A stretch of 64,000 bases of DNA from a virus, in IMG/VR virus record IMGVR_UViG_3300047299_000128, positions 1-64,000 of that record; one strand, 5' to 3'. Each line of letters starts with the position of its first letter. Positions within the stretch are counted from its first letter, which is position 1. The notes beneath the pieces are model-generated. The model searched no databases, was not told the DNA's origin, and worked only from the letters and a program-made list of their open reading frames with translations. Positions 58,051 to 64,000 of the stretch are shown here, in pieces. Both the position numbers and the translations under genes were made by a program.

Positions 58051-58277
58051 ACCAGTACCAAGAACGCAAACTACCCGCTTTGCTAAAAAGCACTAAAGAA
58101 TCTACAAACTCTTTTAAACTAAACAATGGGTTAGTCGAGTTTACTATAGACGGAGAACGAGTAGTTGTCCCAACCGCCGAAGCATTCCAACGCTTACTTA
58201 AAAAGGTGGCGGTGCTAGAACAACGTTTGTACAGCACTGATAATAAAGTAGCTAGAACCGCAAAGGCCCGCGAATGA
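58047..58277 (+). CDS. small hypothetical protein with C-terminal coiled coil
   Basis: ATGA-coupled on both sides. Confidence 0.65.
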   Translation: MNQYQERKLPALLKSTKESTNSFKLNNGLVEFTIDGERVVVPTAEAFQRLLKKVAVLEQRLYSTDNKVARTAKARE

Positions 58278-58837
58278 GCACAGATGTAGACATCGACTTT
58301 GCTAATAGAGAACAAGCATTGGCATTGATCGATCATACAGTTGCTATGATTAAAGATGGCGACAAACAAAAGAAGCACAACACCGGTGTTTACTTTCACA
58401 CTGCCCCTGTGAATCCGTTTACAGGTTTGTCGACACTTGATTACAAACAAGCAGAAACTAAAGGTTGGTTTAAGATCGACTTACTCAACGTTGGTATTTA
58501 CGGAGAGTTTGCTTCTAATGAAGAAATAGATTATTTGTTAGAACAAGAACCTGTATGGGAATTGTTAGAACACAGAGAAGTTATCGGACAGTTGTTTCAT
58601 ATACATAATCACGCAGACACTGTTATTAAAATGAAGCCCCGTACTGTAGAACAATTAGCCATGGTGCTGGCAGTTATTCGTCCGGGTAAAAAGCATCTAA
58701 TTGGGCGTAGTTGGAATGAAATAGAGCAGGAAGTTTGGACTAAAACAGATGATGTTTATAGTTTTAAAAAAAGCCATGCCGTTGGTTACTCGATGGCGAT
58801 TGTTTTACAAATGAACAAATTAGCTTATAGCCGTTGA
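58274..58837 (+). CDS. minimal DNA polymerase III alpha (family C) catalytic-core-like protein
   Basis: TDVDIDF, KHNTGVY, KIDLL, IRPG, YSFKKSHAVGY, all DnaE motifs, in only 187 aa. Confidence 0.8.
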   Translation: MSTDVDIDFANREQALALIDHTVAMIKDGDKQKKHNTGVYFHTAPVNPFTGLSTLDYKQAETKGWFKIDLLNVGIYGEFASNEEIDYLLEQEPVWELLEHREVIGQLFHIHNHADTVIKMKPRTVEQLAMVLAVIRPGKKHLIGRSWNEIEQEVWTKTDDVYSFKKSHAVGYSMAIVLQMNKLAYSR

Positions 58838-59193
58838 ACTAGTTGTATTTGTCTGCGTTTGATTCGTTTGGTTATGATATTTTGAAGGCTGACAGGCTCG
58901 CCATGGATTATACTAAAATCCTTAACGTTATAAGTGCGTAAGCAGTAGCTGAATTTTTTAAATTTCGGTCCTATAAAAAGATTAACAGGCAGTTGTCTAT
59001 TACTTTGCCACCACCATTCTTCGCCAAATTCTAAAAATTCTTGTTTGTCTTCTTTGCAGTTTAATACGTGATATACATATAGACTAGCTATAGTGGGTGT
59101 ATAATTTTGAATAATCCCCAATACTTCTTCTTCACCGATCTTGCATAAACTTAAAAAGGGAAACTTTTCTAATATTTCTGTGTAGTTTGCCAT
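58825..59193 (-). CDS. hypothetical late protein
   Basis: TATAAATA on the minus strand at 59200-59207; KFPFLS...GEEWWWQSNRQLPVNLF. Confidence 0.75.
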   Translation of the reverse strand: MANYTEILEKFPFLSLCKIGEEEVLGIIQNYTPTIASLYVYHVLNCKEDKQEFLEFGEEWWWQSNRQLPVNLFIGPKFKKFSYCLRTYNVKDFSIIHGEPVSLQNIITKRIKRRQIQLVQRL

Positions 59194-59234
59194 CTGTTGT
59201 ATTTATAACCAAAAAATCAAATATAAATATAAGT

Positions 59235-60017
59235 ATGAGCGACACATTTACATTTTTAAGCTATCCGCAACGAAGTACACTAGTTTATGCGACGGGCTAC
59301 AGTAGGACAAAGAACATGCCATTTAATACCACACGAAAAACAATTTACAAGGGCGTAGACAGTACTCTTGGTTTTGACATTAAGAATCAAGATAGAAAAT
59401 CTATTAACTTATTAGACAAAGATGTTATGATTAACATCATGCGAGTAAAGTCAGGAGAGTTAGTAGTACAACGCCGCGCAACTAAAGTACAACCGGAATC
59501 TGGATTTTGCGAAGTTACTATTTTTGGTAGTGATATATCGGATTTGGACCCAGGCTTGTATCAATTAAGCGCAGTTATATATGGGTCAGACGGTATTGCA
59601 GAAAGTTTATTTACTGATCATAATCGTCGTGCTGCTATGGAATTAGAAATATGTGATGGCGCGTATCCTAAATTTATTCCTAGTATCGATTTAACATTTT
59701 ACCAACAAGGAAATGCTTGGCTGAGTCAACCAATTGCAAGTAACTTACAAAAGAATGGCGCCAATTTTCATACCATTCAATTGACTGTTACTAATTTTAC
59801 AGGCATCGTCGAAGCGTTTATCAGTTTGGAATACGACAGCATCAACGGAATGTATTTTGCCAAGAAGTTTATCGATGACAGTATGCAGATAACATTTAAC
59901 AATACCACCGGAACTCAAGGTTGGAATTTTATCGGTGATGCACGTTGGGTAAAGATAAAATATACTCCGGATCCTTCGAACACTGGAACCGTTGACAAAG
60001 TTAGTTACAGAAGTTAA
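59235..60017 (+). CDS. putative virion structural protein (BppU-like N-terminus)
   Basis: TATAAATA at 59222; IYKGVD.TL.F.IKNQDRK..NL pattern. Confidence 0.55.
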   Translation: MSDTFTFLSYPQRSTLVYATGYSRTKNMPFNTTRKTIYKGVDSTLGFDIKNQDRKSINLLDKDVMINIMRVKSGELVVQRRATKVQPESGFCEVTIFGSDISDLDPGLYQLSAVIYGSDGIAESLFTDHNRRAAMELEICDGAYPKFIPSIDLTFYQQGNAWLSQPIASNLQKNGANFHTIQLTVTNFTGIVEAFISLEYDSINGMYFAKKFIDDSMQITFNNTTGTQGWNFIGDARWVKIKYTPDPSNTGTVDKVSYRS

Positions 60018-60020
60018 AAT
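59992..60020 (+). promoter_or_regulatory. sigma70-type promoter for primase-helicase
   Basis: TTGACA-17-TAAAAT. Confidence 0.65.
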
Positions 60021-60028
60021 AACAAGGC

Positions 60029-61000
60029 ATGACAGCCTTACAAACAATTTTACGCAGCAGGATAACAGGCAAACCTAGCCCTAAAGGCTGGGTTAGCTTT
60101 AACTGTCCTATGTGCATACAAAACGGGCAAAGTAGAAACGACACCAAACGCCGTGGCGGCTTATTGTTTAATCCAGACGGTGCAGTTAGCTATCATTGCT
60201 TTAACTGTGATTACAAAACAAGCTGGAGCCCTGGAAGAACTCTTAGCTTTAAGATGATGAAGTTGCTCAAGCAACTGGGATTCGAAGAAGCAGAAGTGCA
60301 ACGATTACGTCTCGAGTTACTAAGCCAAGCAGACGTTGAGAATTTAATACAACGAGAACCCGAGCCAGCCTGGACACCTAACTGGGCTGAGTTTAACTTT
60401 ACTTTCCCCATACAAGAATTATCGGACCCTGCAAAGATAGCATATCTCGAGGATAGACAAATATATGATTTATCCGTATGGTTAGAGACTAGTGCTACAT
60501 TTTCCGGATTAAACAATCGTGTTATATTACCTCTAACTTATGACAATAAAATCGTTGGCTTTCAAAGTAGGTATGTTGGACAAGTACCCGATAAATTAGC
60601 CAAATACTATAAACGTGCTCCGGCAGATTATGTATTTGGTCTAGACAGACAGCGCGACAGTAGACAATATGTTATTGTTACCGAAGGAGAATTTGATGCG
60701 TTACTAACAAACGGTTTATCTTTGGGTAGTAACAATTTGAGCGATAGACAAATACAGTTGATAGAAGATTTAAATATAGAACCTATATTGTTACCTGATG
60801 CAGATTCATCAGGTAAAGATTTAGTAGAACGTGCAGCAGATTTTGGCTGGAGTGTTAGTTTCCCAGAATGGGAAGGCTGCAAAGACGTCGGCGATGCAGT
60901 TAAAAAGTATGGAAGATTATTTGCGGTATACAGCATATTGCAAGCGGCGGAACATAGTCCGACGAAAATTAGATTAATGGGAAAGAGGTATTGTAAGTGA
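60029..61000 (+). CDS. gp61: DNA primase (T4 gp61-like)
   Basis: Zn finger CPMC...HCFNC; TOPRIM VTEGEFDA, PDAD, KDVGD. Confidence 0.9.
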   Translation: MTALQTILRSRITGKPSPKGWVSFNCPMCIQNGQSRNDTKRRGGLLFNPDGAVSYHCFNCDYKTSWSPGRTLSFKMMKLLKQLGFEEAEVQRLRLELLSQADVENLIQREPEPAWTPNWAEFNFTFPIQELSDPAKIAYLEDRQIYDLSVWLETSATFSGLNNRVILPLTYDNKIVGFQSRYVGQVPDKLAKYYKRAPADYVFGLDRQRDSRQYVIVTEGEFDALLTNGLSLGSNNLSDRQIQLIEDLNIEPILLPDADSSGKDLVERAADFGWSVSFPEWEGCKDVGDAVKKYGRLFAVYSILQAAEHSPTKIRLMGKRYCK

Positions 61001-62508
61001 GTGAAGAAGCAAAAGAATATACTACAGATTTACAAAAATTATTTTTAGAGTTTTTGGTTAGTGACAGAGAGTTGTTGAGCCGTTGCCAAAACGTATTAGA
61101 CGACTCTTACTTTTCTCGAGGTTTACAAGAAACAGCCAAGTTTATTAAAGACTATGCTAACAAGTACAGCGATTGTCCTACGCTTGAGCAAATTTCCGCA
61201 GTAACAGGAACAGAGCTTAGGTCTGTTCCGGGAGAAGCTAGTAGCCATAAGGAATGGTTCTTAACAGAATTCGAACAGTTCGCCCGCCATAAAGCATTAG
61301 AAAAGGCTATTCTTAAAAGTGCAGACTTGTTAGATAAACAGCGGTATGGCGAAGTCGAGCGACTAATTAAAGATGCTAGTAGTATTGGTTTGCCCAAGAG
61401 TTTCGGTACAGATTATTACGCAGATCCTAGAGCACGTTTGTTAGAACTTAAAAACAAAAACGGCGGAACAAGTACAGGCTGGAAAGCAGTTGATGCTGCA
61501 TTATATGGCGGCTTCAACAGAGGAGAGCTTAACATTTTTGCAGGCGGCTCTGGCGCAGGAAAGTCATTGTTCTTACAAAACTTAGCACTCAACTGGAGTT
61601 ACTTGGGACTAAACGGTGTTTACTTTAGCTTAGAACTATCTGAGGGCTTGTGCTCGAAGCGTATGGACTCTATGGTAACTGGCGTCGAAGCTAAAGAAAT
61701 TTATAGAAACTTAGATGAGGTGGTAGACAAGGTTCTTATTAAAGGTAAAACGGCAGGTAAAATCCAGCTAGTGCAGCTAACGGCGGGTGTAAATGTAAAC
61801 GACTTAAAAAGTTGGCTTAAAGAATTTCAAATACAAACAGGCAAGCCAATTGACTTTGTTGTAGTTGACTATTTGGATTTGATGATGCCAGCAGGGCAAA
61901 AGATCAGCGTAGCAGATTTGTTTATTAAAGATAAGTTAGTATCAGAAGAACTGCGAGCCATGGCAGTGCAAGGGCAGTACTTGTTTTGTACAGCTAGTCA
62001 GTTAAACCGAGGAGCTGTAGAAAGTGTCGAATTTGATCATAGTCATATCTCGGGTGGCTTGTCTAAGATTCAAACAGCAGATAACGTTATTGGTATCTTT
62101 AACAGTATCACCATGCGAGAACGTCAACGTGTTCAAATTCAGTTTATGAAGACACGTAGTTCTAGTGCTGTGGGTACTAAAGTAGAATTGTTCTTTGATA
62201 CTAACAGTTTGCGTATTTCGGACTTAGAAGAAGACTCGCCGACTGCTCCTAGTACAGTTGATGTGTTGCACGACAAACTAAAACGTAAAGCAGAAATGGA
62301 TGGAAAGCCATCCTGGGAACGTGAAGCAGGGACAGCAGTATGGAAAAAGCCGCAAGCCAGAGAAGGATTTGAATTAGGAAAGGCCGCTGGGCCATTAGAC
62401 GTGTTGTCTGCCCCATGGGCGAATCAAGGAGACAAAAAAGAGAGTCCAGCGATTAGAACGATGGACTCTCCGAATAGTAAATTAGCTAATTTGTTAAAGA
62501 AATCTTAA
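60997..62508 (+). CDS. gp41: replicative DnaB-like helicase (T4 gp41-like)
   Basis: GGSGAGKS, SLELS, VVDYLDL, TASQLNR, KTR motifs. Confidence 0.93.
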   Translation: MSEEAKEYTTDLQKLFLEFLVSDRELLSRCQNVLDDSYFSRGLQETAKFIKDYANKYSDCPTLEQISAVTGTELRSVPGEASSHKEWFLTEFEQFARHKALEKAILKSADLLDKQRYGEVERLIKDASSIGLPKSFGTDYYADPRARLLELKNKNGGTSTGWKAVDAALYGGFNRGELNIFAGGSGAGKSLFLQNLALNWSYLGLNGVYFSLELSEGLCSKRMDSMVTGVEAKEIYRNLDEVVDKVLIKGKTAGKIQLVQLTAGVNVNDLKSWLKEFQIQTGKPIDFVVVDYLDLMMPAGQKISVADLFIKDKLVSEELRAMAVQGQYLFCTASQLNRGAVESVEFDHSHISGGLSKIQTADNVIGIFNSITMRERQRVQIQFMKTRSSSAVGTKVELFFDTNSLRISDLEEDSPTAPSTVDVLHDKLKRKAEMDGKPSWEREAGTAVWKKPQAREGFELGKAAGPLDVLSAPWANQGDKKESPAIRTMDSPNSKLANLLKKS

Positions 62509-62993
62509 GATTTCAAATCGCGCATTGCAGTAGGTTGTTGCGGGGCAGAAGTTGCAGTTGCCGGAGCACCTACTTCAGGTCCGCTTGTACCGCCAGTTAC
62601 AGGATTTGTAGCAGCAGCTTTAGAGTCTCTTGCTAAATCTCCTTTTAATCGTTGAAATAATGCGTTATCTTCTGCAACATAACTTAAAACGGTTTCTAAC
62701 AGGTCCATAAGGGCAGTCATTTGTTGTAAGTTAGGACGACGATTCATATACAGCGCACGAACACCTGCTCTTAGTGCGTTAAAATGTTCTTCGGCGACAG
62801 CGTCTTTGATAGCGCTTAATCGTTGCATAGTTCTAGTAAAACTAGCGTTGTCGATCTCATTTCCGCCCTTTTCCATACCAGGATCGTGATGAGGTGTAGA
62901 TTGATGATCTTCTGGACCAGCTTCAACAATACTTCTTAGTTTGTTCATTACTGTGCCCATATCGAAATTAGTACTTTGCATAATATGCTCCAA
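62505..62993 (-). CDS. hypothetical late protein (possibly head-internal)
   Basis: Minus-strand TAAATA at 63003-63008; N-terminal MNKLRSIVE. Confidence 0.65.
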   Translation of the reverse strand: MEHIMQSTNFDMGTVMNKLRSIVEAGPEDHQSTPHHDPGMEKGGNEIDNASFTRTMQRLSAIKDAVAEEHFNALRAGVRALYMNRRPNLQQMTALMDLLETVLSYVAEDNALFQRLKGDLARDSKAAATNPVTGGTSGPEVGAPATATSAPQQPTAMRDLKS

Positions 62994-63040
62994 TGTTATC
63001 TTTATTTATCTTAAGATAAATACTTTACAAGGAATTAACT

Positions 63041-63301
63041 GTGCGAAAGCAAACTAGATCACTTTTAGAAGAAATAACAAACATTGTCCCCCAACGAGAC
63101 CGTGAGAGCTTTGTCGAAAATAAAGCCATAAACGTTATAGCCAGTACCAAATATTTGGTTGAATATATACAAGAAAACTTCACCCAAGACGAAAGCGACG
63201 ATTTACTTAAACGGTTATTTAACAGCTTAAAAACCGGCGACGAAATGAAATTTCGCAGGGGAATAAAACAAATTAAAGAAGCAAAACATGGAACAATTTG
63301 A
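63041..63301 (+). CDS. hypothetical protein
   Basis: GTG start with AAGGA RBS and late promoter; TRSLLEEI. Confidence 0.7.
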   Translation: MRKQTRSLLEEITNIVPQRDRESFVENKAINVIASTKYLVEYIQENFTQDESDDLLKRLFNSLKTGDEMKFRRGIKQIKEAKHGTI

Positions 63302-64000
63302 AGACCTAACAGCATGGGACTTGATGATAGAAAGTCGACAGTACAGAAATTTAGCTAATATTAAGTCTTTGAATTTAAGAAGCGTTGGCGATTTTGCGTT
63401 CTTAGACTTATTAACGTTATTTGTCTTACATAGTGAATATGAAACAGCTCCTATCGCTGCCCGTTATGCAGATAAAACAATTAGCTATAGAAACTTTTCT
63501 AAGCCTAGACTAAGTGGTACGGATTTATATGTTAGCATGAACATATTAAGCGATCCTACCAGTATATTTGCACGTAGGATAGGACAGAACCCTGAAGCAG
63601 ATGCTATACTAAGAACAAAATTATCTGTTAATTTGCCAACAGTGAAGAGATATTTAGAATTATTAGCGGATAGTAAAATCACTGGCGCGGATGCTAGCGT
63701 ATTACTATTACGATTAGAAAAGCAGTTAAACATAACTGATAGCAAACTTAAAAGTCTACGCAGACTAATACAAGACTGGCCTGCGCTGACAACTATGCAA
63801 CGTAGTCTTGCAGTGTCGAAGATGCTACAGTTTTATAAGAGATTCGCTAAACGTAGTGAATTATTTGTTTTCCTAGAAGACATGGGAAAAACAAAAGGAT
63901 ACGAACTTCGTGGTCCTATTGACGCAGAACTTGCAAACTTAGGTTTAGGGACAACTCCGAAGCCAGGATTTTTAGCAAGTGTTGCGCCAGCGGCAGCATT
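63288..64000 (+). CDS. hypothetical protein, runs off the window end (absent from the ORF track)
   Basis: Open frame from ATG 63288 (MEQFEDLTAWDLMIESRQYR...) with no stop before 64000. Confidence 0.7.
   Translation, partial: MEQFEDLTAWDLMIESRQYRNLANIKSLNLRSVGDFAFLDLLTLFVLHSEYETAPIAARYADKTISYRNFSKPRLSGTDLYVSMNILSDPTSIFARRIGQNPEADAILRTKLSVNLPTVKRYLELLADSKITGADASVLLLRLEKQLNITDSKLKSLRRLIQDWPALTTMQRSLAVSKMLQFYKRFAKRSELFVFLEDMGKTKGYELRGPIDAELANLGLGTTPKPGFLASVAPAAA

Noticed and set aside
38884-62508. Inteins or introns in terminase, UvsX, UvsW or helicase
   Set aside because: All have ordinary lengths and uninterrupted motif spacing

Overview
This 64-kb window comes from a large, AT-rich T4-like myovirus. 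It has a contractile tail and T4-type portal, protease, capsid, sheath, terminase, ssb, UvsX/Y/W, primase and helicase genes, plus a tiny DnaE-like gene. It carries about 71 complete genes and one partial gene. Layout: hub/chaperone and tape-measure genes (0-3.4 kb); head module (3.4-9.2 kb); a large fibre cluster with Ala/Glu/Thr-rich coiled-coil repeats (9.5-22.4 kb); neck, tail and packaging genes (23-41.7 kb); recombination and replication genes (41.8-45 kb and 55-62.5 kb). Two early/accessory islands (26.9-30.1 kb and 44.9-54.9 kb) are built from repeated TTGACACAAATT-N11-TATAAT promoter cassettes. The islands carry a secreted beta-lactamase-fold hydrolase, a secreted subtilase with an autotransporter-like C-terminus, an AAA ATPase, an Smr protein, and a nuclease-helicase-methyltransferase locus whose methyltransferase appears to be split over two genes. 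Other notable points: a 187-aa minimal family-C polymerase core, a candidate -1 frameshift in the tail chaperone pair, late promoters embedded in RBS-occluding hairpins, and two candidate structured intergenic RNAs. No tRNA, rRNA, CRISPR array, integrase or reverse transcriptase was recognised. All calls come from motif recognition by eye; no database searches were run.
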